Shown here one piece after another: positions 28,075 to 38,153 of a DNA stretch of 64,000 bases; positions within the stretch are counted from its first letter, which is position 1, and each line of letters opens with the position of its first letter. The stretch spans positions 53,994-117,993 of IMG/VR virus record IMGVR_UViG_3300033463_000039; one strand, 5' to 3'. The position numbers were made by a program, and so were the translations under genes. Below the pieces are notes generated by a model. That model saw nothing but the letters and a program-made list of their open reading frames with translations. It was not told the DNA's origin and did not search any database. This DNA comes from a virus. Lineage: Duplodnaviria; Caudoviricetes.

Positions 28075-29143
28075 TTAATCTATTATAGTTAAAAGCATTT
28101 TTAATCTATCTTCTTTATTCTTTTTATTGCGACATTCCTTACAAATTGAATAAAAATGGTCTTTAGAAGTTTTATTTTTTGAAAAAAATAAATTGTTTGC
28201 GAGTTTATATTCTCCGCATCGCGAACATTTCTTCCATTGACCGACCGCCGCATAAGTATAATATCATTCTAAATAACGCTTTTGTTCATTTTCCGCAATT
28301 ATCTTTGGTATTTTATTACGCCATAATGCACTAATGTATTCAACAGAGTGCTTAATATGAAACTCACGCTCTAAATTTTCTTGGATTTCCGCATTACTTT
28401 TTCCATCTATTTTATAAATCAATAGTTGATAATACATTGGATATTTATCTTTTAATGCGGCATCTACCGCGTTATCTAGATCTATCATTGCGCCTCACAT
28501 ATCAGTATTAAATTTTGCATAAGTTTCTTCTTTTAGCGCTGAGTAATTACACAAGAGAGCACTAATATGAGAAGGATTAAAAAAAGAGATAATTCCATCG
28601 CTATGCGGCAACCCTTGCTCATCAATGTGTATGTGCTCGCTTAAATCCGCATAAGCAAGGTTTTGCGCAAGTCCGCGGTGTTTTATGAAAATCATCTTTT
28701 AATAGATATTGTTCTTGATACATTTCTATTAATTGTTTTTTTAATTTATATTTCTTTTTGCCTGTTGCGGCCTCCGCACTTTTTTGTACTATTGATATGG
28801 CCTCGCGCAAATTTTTAAGATCTGGGTTACGCTCTACATCACGCGGCGTTATTTTTATTTTAGGTGTTAATAAAATATTTTTATCATTTTCTATTATTAG
28901 GTTTGAAACTCCATCTTCGCCATTTTCAAACTGAGAAACAAGTCCTTGATAAGAAGTTTCGCGCTTTTGAATAGTTAGCATGCGATTATCTGTCAATATT
29001 TCTTTTGTTTTTTCGGCTGATATAATATAATTAGATAATATTTCTATGTAGCTTTCTGATAAATTTTCTATTGGAGTTTCTTTTACTATTTGGTCAACTA
29101 AATTTTTGCGACCTTCCGCATCTAAACTATAATCTAGCTTCAA
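28075..29143 (-). CDS. Hypothetical protein with HTH-like segment and C-terminal Zn finger; code 4 plus +1 frameshift at CGG 28675-28673
   Basis: 28622-29143 joins 28495-28695 at CCG-C-GGA; TGA readthrough at 28497 and 28266 then gives ...WKKCSRCGEYK...SICKECRN. Confidence 0.75.
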
Positions 29144-30012
29144 CTTTTTTGTTCCTCCTTTTTATGAGTATATTGTAAGATAAAATTTTCTGAAAGTCAA
29201 TGGCAGATTGGACAAAAATGAAAAATGATATAAATTTTTTTGGAATTTAAGTGAATTTTTGGAGTTTAAAAGAATTTTTGGAGTCTGAGATGTCCAGGCG
29301 AAAACTTTTTAAGAGTACTTAAAAAATTTTTTCCCAAAAATGTACCCCATTAGAGTTCCTAAATGGTACGTTTGCGTAGTACATAGCATTGGAATAAAGG
29401 AGAGTACTAAAAGAGGATTGGAATAAAAAGAACAAGAAAAATAAAAAATAATTATTCAACATTTTTCTAAAAGTTTTTTATTTTATTTTTAAAATAAAAA
29501 TTATTAATGATCGGCTTGCTTGCGGTTATGGCAAGCCGAATTTTACAGTTTACATAATGACTAAACTTTTTTGCGAACAAAAATTTGTTTTTTTACAAAT
29601 GTTTTAAATTCCTAAAACTCTTGTGTCTGTAGGTTTCCGCTTCAGTACAGTAATCAAAAAGCGAACATTTGTTTGGTTTACATAATTTATTATTTTGCGA
29701 GTTACCAAATTTTACCAATCCGCTTCAAACCTTACTCTAACAAGGCTTACACGCTTTAAAAAATATTTTAAAAAAGTTACGGAAAAAGTATTGACAAAGG
29801 TTCGTTAATAATGTATAATAGTATTAAGTTAAGAGAGAGAACAAACAAAGAACAAAAACAACAAAACTAATAAAAGATAATAACAAAGAAAAGACAAAGA
29901 CAAACAAAAGATTTTGTAACAAAAATGTAATAAAATAAATAACAAAAACTTATTGACAAAACATAATAAAAAGATTATAATTAAGATAACAAAAGGAAAG
30001 GAAAAAAAGAAA

Positions 30013-30240
30013 ATGAAAGATTTAAATAATAATGAAAGAAATGAGAAAAAATTAGGAATTGCAAAATTTATGAAAAGAAGTGATTTTGGTTTGTATGATT
30101 TAAGAATAATAAATGATGAAGATTACTTTGACAAAGAAGATGATTGTGGAATAATGTTCTTTTCTAAAAAAGGTATGACAGACTTTTTAAAAGAAGAATT
30201 CGAAAATTACAAGTTTACATTAGTAGAATTAAAGGCTTAA
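30013..30240 (+). CDS. Hypothetical protein
   Basis: ATG 30013 after purine-rich RBS and promoter; terminator hairpin follows. Confidence 0.65.
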   Translation: MKDLNNNERNEKKLGIAKFMKRSDFGLYDLRIINDEDYFDKEDDCGIMFFSKKGMTDFLKEEFENYKFTLVELKA

Positions 30241-30365
30241 CAAAAGCCTTTTTTCTCTAACATCTATTGACAAATAAAAACTTTAATGATAAAATAATAA
30301 TAACGAAAGAAAAGAAAAAGAAAGCAAAGTAAACATAATTAGATAGAAAAGGAATTGAATTGATT

Positions 30366-30854
30366 ATGAAAAAAATATTTTTAGATTTAGATGGAACATT
30401 AGCAAAATTTAATGTTAGAAATGCAATAGAAAGATTTGCAATTGAAGAAGGTTTTTTCGCAAAACTTGGAGCATACAAAGGAATTGAAAACATAGATGAA
30501 TTAGCAAAAAATGGAAATGTTTACATTATTTCTGCAAGTCCAAACGAGCAAGCAGACAAAGATAAGTTGACATGGATTGATAAGTTCTTACCAAACTTGC
30601 CAAAAGCAAACATTTGTTTTTGTAGATTAGGAAAAAATAAAGCGAAAGAAATAAAAAAGAATTTTAACATACAAATAAATAAAGAATGTATTTTACTAGA
30701 TGATTATACTAAGAACTTAGTAGAATGGGAAAGCGTTGGCGGAGTAGGGATTAAGAGATTAACTTCTGTTGCTGATAACAAAAGTGGAAAATGGAAAGGA
30801 TTAGCAATTAGAAACTTAAGAGAACTAAAAGGCGCATTAACTCTTGTAACATAA
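30366..30854 (+). CDS. HAD-family 5'(3')-deoxyribonucleotidase
   Basis: IFLDLDGTL motif I, IISASP, DKLTWI, LLDDYTKNL. Confidence 0.8.
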   Translation: MKKIFLDLDGTLAKFNVRNAIERFAIEEGFFAKLGAYKGIENIDELAKNGNVYIISASPNEQADKDKLTWIDKFLPNLPKANICFCRLGKNKAKEIKKNFNIQINKECILLDDYTKNLVEWESVGGVGIKRLTSVADNKSGKWKGLAIRNLRELKGALTLVT

Positions 30855-30943
30855 ATGTAATATTTATTTTTTAAAAAAAGTGTTGACAAATAAAAATAAA
30901 AATAGTATAATGTAATCAAGTTAAGAGGAAAGGAAAAAAACAA

Positions 30944-31156
30944 ATGAAAAATTTAAGTGATAAAACAAAAGTAGAAATAATGGTAGGAAAATTAGTAATC
31001 TTCTTATTAAAAAGTGTAATTGCCTTTGGTGCTTTACTAATTGGAATTTGGTTAGTTTGTCAAATTTATAATTTTGTACTAATTCACACTTGGGCATTTA
31101 TAGTTTTAGGAATAGTTGACATAATTCTATTTATTGTTTTCATAATCAGAGGTTAA
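30944..31156 (+). CDS. Small membrane protein
   Basis: Two hydrophobic segments; own promoter and terminator (31159-31180). Confidence 0.7.
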   Translation: MKNLSDKTKVEIMVGKLVIFLLKSVIAFGALLIGIWLVCQIYNFVLIHTWAFIVLGIVDIILFIVFIIRG

Positions 31157-31543
31157 AAGCGGGCGGCAACCCCGCTTTTTTCTTGGCTTTGCGGAAGGCT
31201 GTAACCCTTGCAGCTGTAAGGCTTTTGCGCAACGGCGCGCTACCGATTGAATTTAATGAAGCGCGCCGAGTTTACATAATATTAGTACCGAACAGATTTT
31301 CGGAACGGGAAACCCTTGCTACACTTGGGTTTGCAATCTCCTGAAAGTGCCGCTTCTACTGAGGTAGCGAAAACCGAACATTTGTTTGGTAGCACTGAAC
31401 ACGCGTTTGGGTTTACATAATTTTGTAACATTATTGTAATATTTCTGTAACAAAAATGTAATAAAAAAAATTGTAAAAACTATTGCAATTTTTTTTATTT
31501 ATGATATAATTAAGACAATGAAACGGGAGGAGAAAAACAAAAA

Positions 31544-32008
31544 ATGAAAATAGAAAAAATCTTTAATTTACATAATATTGCAACTATAAATCCTATCACT
31601 CACAAAAAAATAAATAATGGGTATAGAAAAGAAATTTGTTACAAGGCTTTTAAAACTGGAGTAATTGATTATAAACTAGATAATACAAGTTATGACAAGG
31701 ACGGAGACTTAAACAAAAAAAGTTATATATATCAAGTAAAAGGTTGCAAGGCTGAAATCAAACTATTAAAGCAATATAAAGACATCAAAGGTTTTGAAAA
31801 TGTATTAAATCAATATTTAGAGACAAATAAAGCAAATAGATATGTTTACATAATTGAAAAAGAAAATGATACATTAGCAATTACAATGAATAAAAAAGAA
31901 TTCAAAAATTTTGTAACAGAATTAGGAACTTATAGCGAAACGAGAAATAATATAAGACTTTACAAAAATGACAATATAGTTTACAACTGGGTAACAGCAA
32001 ACGCTTAA
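31544..32008 (+). CDS. Hypothetical protein
   Basis: Intact ORF with promoter and RBS. Confidence 0.7.
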   Translation: MKIEKIFNLHNIATINPITHKKINNGYRKEICYKAFKTGVIDYKLDNTSYDKDGDLNKKSYIYQVKGCKAEIKLLKQYKDIKGFENVLNQYLETNKANRYVYIIEKENDTLAITMNKKEFKNFVTELGTYSETRNNIRLYKNDNIVYNWVTANA

Positions 32009-32113
32009 TATATAAGCGTTTGCCGCTTCAACCAAAAAATTTATATAAGGACTTGACAAACAAATCAAGCGATGATATAATATAAACATAATAAGGAAAG
32101 GGAACATAAAAAA

Positions 32114-32806
32114 ATGAAAATTGATAAACGAAAAAAATATTTTCTTACTTTAGATACTGAAACAACAAACAATAATTTTGAAAGTGGCTTCAATGATGGA
32201 CTTGTCTATGATTTAGGCTTTACAATTACTGATAAAAAAGGCAATATTTACCAAAAAAAATCTTTTGCAATTAAAGAGATTTTTGATTGGAAAGAACTTA
32301 TGTCAACTGCTTATTATTTCCATAAATTACCAATTTATTATGAAAGATTAAAAAATAAAGAAATGGAAAAAATTAGCATTTGGAAGGCAAGACAAATAAT
32401 TTTTGAAGAAATGGAAAAATTTGGAATAACTGAAATTTATGCTTACAATACTTTATTTGACATAACAACATTAAATAATACTGTTAGATATTTAAGTGGG
32501 AGTTCTTGTAGATACTTTTTTAAATATGGTATAAAATTCAATGATATTTGGCACATTTCTTGTCAAATTCTGGGAAAACAAAAAACTTTTCAATGGGAAA
32601 ACATAAGAAATAAAAATAATAACTTAATTACTAATGCAGAACGAATGTTTGGTTATTGTGAACAAATAGACTTTGAAGAAGAACATACAGCATTATCTGA
32701 CGCAATAGTCGAAAGTCAAATACTCTCGCGATGTTTAAAAAGTCATCAAAAGGTTGATAAATCAATAAGTCGAGGGTGCTGGAGGCTCTGTCAACAAGCG
32801 GCTTAG
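32114..32806 (+). CDS. DEDDh-family 3'-5' exonuclease
   Basis: LDTET (ExoI), AYNTLFD (ExoII), HTALSD (ExoIII). Confidence 0.85.
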   Translation: MKIDKRKKYFLTLDTETTNNNFESGFNDGLVYDLGFTITDKKGNIYQKKSFAIKEIFDWKELMSTAYYFHKLPIYYERLKNKEMEKISIWKARQIIFEEMEKFGITEIYAYNTLFDITTLNNTVRYLSGSSCRYFFKYGIKFNDIWHISCQILGKQKTFQWENIRNKNNNLITNAERMFGYCEQIDFEEEHTALSDAIVESQILSRCLKSHQKVDKSISRGCWRLCQQAA

Positions 32807-33022
32807 CGGCCGCCCTTGCCGCACCGGGGCGCAGTTTACATAATTTTGTAACACAAATGTAATAAAAAAAGTATTGACATTTTCAATTTAAAATAGTATA
32901 ATAAGATTAACAAAGTTGAGAGAGGAAAAAATAAAATCTCAAAAAAAAATTAAAAAAAAGTATTGACAAACAAAAACAAAAATGCTATAATAATATTAAA
33001 GAAAGGGTAAGAGTGAAATAAA

Positions 33023-33142
33023 ATGAACCAAGCAAAAAGACACGAAATGAGAAAAAAATATGAGGCTAGAGACCAAGAAAGAAAGGCAATTCGCTTAGGC
33101 TTAAAACCAAAGAAATCAAGCAAAAAGAAAGGGAGAAGATAA
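33023..33142 (+). CDS. Small basic protein (39 aa)
   Basis: MNQAKRHEMRKKYEARDQERKAIRLGLKPKKSSKKKGRR after promoter 32963; below the track length cutoff. Confidence 0.5.
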   Translation: MNQAKRHEMRKKYEARDQERKAIRLGLKPKKSSKKKGRR

Positions 33143-33226
33143 ATTCCCAAACGCTTGATACATAAGGGAAAGGGGGAGAAGGGAAATTCCCCCTCCCACG
33201 AAAAAATAACAAGGGGGTTACATAAA

Positions 33227-33706
33227 ATGAGTAAAAGATATAGATTTACAAAACAAGATTTTGAAATTTTACAAAATTTTATAGATGAAAATATTGAAAG
33301 CGAAGAGCCTATTGATTTACATAAAAGTTATAGATTTGAGTGTAGCCCCTTTGAAAATGAAATTTACATAAGTAATAAGAGGGTAAACAAAACAGATGTT
33401 CAGTTTAAAAAATGGTTTGAAAAACAGCCAGAATATACCCCAATTAACATAACATTTTTATCTATTTTACATGAAATAGGACACATAATGACTAGAAACC
33501 AAGAAACCCTTGATAATAGGGACTTACAAGAAAATATCTACCAATTTTTGGAAGAACAAAAAATAATTACAAATGAAGAACATAATTTTGCATACTTCTC
33601 TATCCCTTGCGAGAGAAAGGCTACAATGTGGGGAGTTGAATTCTACAAAAACAATGTTGAATTATGTAAACAAATAATTAAAAAAATAAATTTAGAAAAT
33701 TTTTAA
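33227..33706 (+). CDS. HExxH Zn-metallopeptidase-like protein (paralog 1)
   Basis: LSILHEIGHIMT...YFSIPCERKATMWGV. Confidence 0.65.
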   Translation: MSKRYRFTKQDFEILQNFIDENIESEEPIDLHKSYRFECSPFENEIYISNKRVNKTDVQFKKWFEKQPEYTPINITFLSILHEIGHIMTRNQETLDNRDLQENIYQFLEEQKIITNEEHNFAYFSIPCERKATMWGVEFYKNNVELCKQIIKKINLENF

Positions 33707-33774
33707 AAAACTATTGACAAGTTTATAATAAAATGTTATAATATAATTAAATTAAGGAAAGGAGATTTTAAATT

Positions 33775-34134
33775 ATGGAAAAGAAAATCACAAAAAGAGA
33801 CAATTACAATACTTTGAGAGGAATAGTTGAAAACCTAGGGAGAGTAGACTTAGTAGAATTCATTGACCACGAACTTGAATTACTTGACAAGAAAGCTTCT
33901 GCAAAGCGTCCTACAAAAGTACAAATTGAAAACGAAAACATCAAAGGCTTGATTTTAAAGGGATTAGAGAATTTAGGTAGACCTGTTACAATTAGCGAGT
34001 TACAAGAGAGTGAAGAAAACCTTGCAATCCTTTCAAATCAAAAGATAAGCGCCCTATTAACTCAATTAGTTAGAGAGAGTAAGGTTACAAGAATTGAGGA
34101 CAAGAGAAAAGCATACTTTACAATAGCCGAATAA
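33775..34134 (+). CDS. Small winged-helix-like protein, family A
   Basis: LVEFIDHELELLDKK...TISELQE...SNQKISALLTQLV. Confidence 0.7.
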   Translation: MEKKITKRDNYNTLRGIVENLGRVDLVEFIDHELELLDKKASAKRPTKVQIENENIKGLILKGLENLGRPVTISELQESEENLAILSNQKISALLTQLVRESKVTRIEDKRKAYFTIAE

Positions 34135-34446
34135 TCTCAAAGCCTAGAGCCACAAAGGTTCTAGGCATTTTTTTTTGTCTCAAAAACAAACATTTGTTCG
34201 GGCGGGCGGCGCGTGGGTGGCCGCTCTGATGTACTGCGCGCCGCGTTTACATAATAACTTAACTTTTATACATTTTTAACTGGCAGCCGCGAACATTTGT
34301 GTGGTTTTAAAACTCCTAAAATTAAGCGTTTGAGCCATTTTTTTTTTATTTTTGCGATAATGACATCATTTTTCAAAAATTTTTAAAATCTGCTTGACAA
34401 ACTAAATAAATTTTGATATACTTTAAGTAAAGAAAGGAAGGGAAAA

Positions 34447-34947
34447 ATGAAAGAATTAGAAATTTTAAAAAATGGAATGGTTAACATAATTGAAATCTAT
34501 CAAAATTTTGTAAATAAAATTGATGATACTATTGAAATTAAACAAGGTGAAGACTACACTGCAAGCCTTGAAGACTGGGACATTGAGATACCTTTAATCG
34601 TAAGCGAGAGTAACACTGATAAGTTTATGCTAAGTGTTAGGGAAATGAGCTATTCTAACGACCTTGTAAACTCAATAGACGCAAGTGTTTGGAGCTTTTT
34701 ACATGAAATTGGTCATTTACAAACTAGACAAGGCGATTTAAAATCAAAAGTTATAAGATTTTTAAGTCATAGATTTAAAAGTCCATTACAAGATAAAATT
34801 TACTATAATATTCCAGAAGAATTAAACGCAACAGAATGGGCAGTAAATTATGTAAACCTAAATTGGTATGAAGTAAAAGCCTTTGAACAAGAGCTTTTGA
34901 AGGCTTATGAAACCCTTTATACTAAAGTACTTGCGGAGGCTGTTTAA
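34447..34947 (+). CDS. HExxH Zn-metallopeptidase-like protein (paralog 2)
   Basis: WSFLHEIGHLQT...YYNIPEELNATEWAV. Confidence 0.65.
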   Translation: MKELEILKNGMVNIIEIYQNFVNKIDDTIEIKQGEDYTASLEDWDIEIPLIVSESNTDKFMLSVREMSYSNDLVNSIDASVWSFLHEIGHLQTRQGDLKSKVIRFLSHRFKSPLQDKIYYNIPEELNATEWAVNYVNLNWYEVKAFEQELLKAYETLYTKVLAEAV

Positions 34948-35305
34948 GCCTCTTTTTTTATGTAAACCTACAGATCTTCACCGGTGCGCAATTATGTAAA
35001 CCAAATGGCAAATCCTGCCTTTTCTGCTTAACAAAAAAAGTTCAGTATTTATGCGGCTTCCGCGTCTTTTTCAAAAAAATTTAAAAAAAGTGTTGACATT
35101 TAAAAAGTAAAATGTTATAATAATTATAATGAAAGAGAGAGAAAAAAACAAAAATCTTTTTCAAAAAAAATTTTTTAAAAAACTTTTAAAAACCTATTGA
35201 CATTTAAAAATTAAAATGTTATAATAATTATAACAAAAGCAATAAACAACCTTGAGAATTGCTTGAAAAGGTTCATAAATTAACATAAAAAGGGAGGAAT
35301 TGAAA

Positions 35306-35668
35306 ATGGAAAACAAAAAAGTTACAAAAAGAGAATACTATGGAATGATTTTAGGAATGGCTGAAGTTCAAGAAAGACAAGACTTAGTAGATTTTATCAA
35401 TCATGAAATTGAATTATTAGACAAAAAAGCAAGTGCTAAAAGACCTACAAAAGTTCAAATCGAAAATGAAAACATAAAAGGAATAATCCTTGAAACACTT
35501 GAAAATCTAGGCAAAGCAGTTTCTATCTCTGAAATGCAAGAAGCAAATGAAGATTTAGCAATATTATCAAATCAAAAAATTAGTGCTTTATTAACTCAAT
35601 TAGTAAAGGCTGAAAAGGTTGCAAGAGTAGAAGATAAAAGAAAAACACTTTTCAAAATTGCAGACTAG
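35306..35668 (+). CDS. Small winged-helix-like protein, family A
   Basis: Shares ELLDKKASAKRPTKVQIENENIK and LAILSNQKISALLTQLV with 33775-34134. Confidence 0.7.
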   Translation: MENKKVTKREYYGMILGMAEVQERQDLVDFINHEIELLDKKASAKRPTKVQIENENIKGIILETLENLGKAVSISEMQEANEDLAILSNQKISALLTQLVKAEKVARVEDKRKTLFKIAD

Positions 35669-35779
35669 AAATTAAGGCGGGTAAGCCTTGCCCGCCCGCC
35701 TACTTTTTTAAAAAAACTATTGACATTTAATTATTAAAATGATATAATTACAATAGTGAAAGGGTAAGAGTGAAAAAAA

Positions 35780-36163
35780 ATGAAAAATAAAAAAGATATT
35801 AAAATACCAAAAAATTACATTGAGCAAGCTATGAAAAGCCTTGATATTACTGAAGAAGAGGCTATCCAAATGTATTTAGAAGATGAAGGCATTGAAATCA
35901 ATGAAGAACAAGAGAGATTATGTAAACTTGCAAAAGAAAACAAAACAGGCGCAAAAGCAGATAAAAAGCCAAGAAAACCAACAGAGCGCAAACCTAAAGA
36001 AAATCCAATAAAAGAACAAATAATTAAAGAAATTTACCAAATTTTAGAAAAAAATAACAATTATTGTAATATTTTGGTAACAAATTCAACTAAAACTATT
36101 GATTTTTCAATAGAAAATAGAAATTTTACAATAAATTTAATAGAACACAGACAAAAAAAGTAA
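35780..36163 (+). CDS. Hypothetical protein, family B
   Basis: MKSLDITEEEAIQMYLEDEGIEINEEQE closely matches a segment of 38154-38603. Confidence 0.7.
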   Translation: MKNKKDIKIPKNYIEQAMKSLDITEEEAIQMYLEDEGIEINEEQERLCKLAKENKTGAKADKKPRKPTERKPKENPIKEQIIKEIYQILEKNNNYCNILVTNSTKTIDFSIENRNFTINLIEHRQKK

Positions 36164-36973
36164 GAAATTGTCCTAAAACTTGCGGAAACCGCTTGTTTTA
36201 GGGCTTTTTTATTGCATTTTGCATAATAAGTTTACATAATTCAGCGGGCCGCGGACACCGGTGCGGCTCCGTTTGCAGGTTTACATAACAACTTTACATA
36301 TTTTAATGTCAAAAAATAGTTTACATAATAATTATACATAATCCCAAAATAGAGGGCGAACCCATGTTCGACCGCAAGGCTCCTTGAGGCCGACCGCGAC
36401 TATATGGCCAAGTTTTTTAGGCTTAGTTGGGCCGCTTCGCGTTCAATAATATTTTTCCCGAAAACATAGGGTACCTTTAGGTTTATATAACACCTAAACA
36501 TAAAATTTTAATTTTATGAAGCGGCCGCACTCGGTAGGAAGATTATATGGTCTAAATTTAGAATATTTTATTTGGAGATTTTAATCCCTAACGCAACACA
36601 GTATTATATGATTGATTATTATAAATTTTTATGATATAATTAAAAGGGAATATAATATAATATATATAATATTATTATTTATATGTCAATAGAAGAAAAA
36701 AAAAAATGAAGCGGCATCCGCTTCAACTATAAATATATATTATATGAAGTAATGTAAAGAGAAGCGGCAAGCGCTTCTCTTTTATTTGGGATCCTTAAAA
36801 CCAATATCGCATCTCTAGCGAGATGCTTAAATTGGTTTGTACAGGCTCTGAAGTGCCTACGGCACTTCTCATCTGAACTAAAGTAGAGTAGGAATATTAA
36901 ACGTCGTCTTCTAAAAATAAAAAAAGGTCTCATATATAAGTAACTTTTATTGAGAGCGACCACCACACCAGTA

Positions 36974-37020
36974 CAATTTTCAACAATTTTCAACAATTTT
37001 CAATAATTTTTAACAATTTT
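36974..37020. repeat. Tandem 10-bp repeat CAACAATTTT, ~4.7 copies
   Basis: caatttt caacaatttt caacaatttt caataatttt taacaatttt. Confidence 0.85.
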
Positions 37021-37091
37021 ATAATCCTCAATAACTTCATATAATTATTATTTGCATATAATCATCATTATCTCTTCTCTAAAAAATTTTT

Positions 37092-37225
37092 GTCTAAATT
37101 AAATACTTCTCTTAAGCTCACTGGCTGCTAGGGGTCTATTTGCAAAGCAAAATGGTCTAAATTTAATAGTTTTCTTAAGAATATATATATCTCTTTTATC
37201 CTTAAGAAAACTATTAAATTTAGAC
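37092..37225. repeat. Three copies of a 25-bp element, two forming a perfect inverted repeat
   Basis: GTCTAAATTTAATAGTTTTCTTAAG at 37155-37179, exact reverse complement at 37201-37225, 3-mismatch direct copy at 37092-37116. Confidence 0.9.
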
Positions 37226-37232
37226 AAAATAA

Positions 37233-38003
37233 TTAGTTTTGCTCATTATAAAATCCATTCAACTCTACACTTTGACCTAAACACAAATTAGTATCTATAT
37301 ATTCTCTCTTAGTTTTAAATATATCATTACTCTCCAAAAGTTTTTTACTTTCTCTTATTTGATATTCACTAAGTCCAGTTATCTTAGCAATATCTTCATT
37401 AGTAAATGGCTGATTCTTTTCCGCTTCAATTACACCAATCCAAACCTTTAAAAGCGGGATCCAGCTTCTTTTATTATTATTCTCCGCAATCTCTTTACAC
37501 TTTCTTATCATATTAATTCCAGTTTTCATATCACATTCTGCGGACCTTACTATTGCGGCAACGAAATAACCTTCATCAGTAGATTTATCTTCTTTATATA
37601 TTATAAAGTCTCTTTCTTCAAGTTGCTTTAAAGCTTGCTTAATACTTATTATATGTTCTGCGGAAGTTGGTACACCAATATACTTTAAAAAGTCTTTATA
37701 ACTTCCTCTAAATGTCAATAGAGGAGATATGATAATAGCTAAAAATGCTACAAAATCTCAATTCATTAATCGTAAAATTTCTTCATTTAGCCCGATTTCA
37801 GACTTGCCCTCTTCATAAATTGTTAGCGCCCTACAATCATCCTCGAATAGCTCTATATAATATGCGGCAGCCCCTCTCCCCCTTTTTTCTAAAGATACCC
37901 CATATTTCTTTTTTATACTATTCAATGTGCGTTGCCCCTTAGTTTTTAAGGAAGATTCAGATACATTATATTTCTCACATACCTCTTTAATACTTAATTT
38001 CAT
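37233..38003 (-). CDS. Multi-HTH DNA-binding protein, candidate replication initiator (code 4)
   Basis: 37758-38003 and 37233-37718 in frame via TGA; HTH-like segments SIKEVCEKYNVSESSL and TNEDIAKITGLSEYQIR. Confidence 0.6.
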
Positions 38004-38153
38004 GCGGCGGCCCCCTTATTTTTTATTTATATCGCCCTCTTTTTCGAATAATAAAAGTCTTTTTTCGTTTTTTCTCGTATCGTCTTGAAAAGATATTCAG
38101 AAGTCAGAGAGTTATTTTTTATAGCCCCTTAAGTAAAGAAAAAGGGTGCTTAA

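Larger units (their letters stand above)
29791..35748 (+). promoter_or_regulatory. Series of ~13 near-consensus sigma-A promoters
   Basis: TTGACA-N17-TATAAT-like pairs with -35 at 29791, 29953, 30267, 30883, 32053, 32874, 32963, 33714, 34394, 35093, 35197, 35720, and TTGCAA at 31483. Confidence 0.85.

Noticed and set aside
34981-35002. Complete dif site (GGTGCGCA next to TTATGTAAACC)
   Set aside because: Lacks the full 11-bp XerC arm and the 6-bp central spacer; treated as a half-site only
36727-36996. 89-aa track ORF in the convergent gap
   Set aside because: It starts inside the tandem repeat, has no RBS, and has atypical composition
36974-37020. CRISPR array
   Set aside because: 10-bp tandem units with no spacers; no repeat-spacer array seen anywhere in the window
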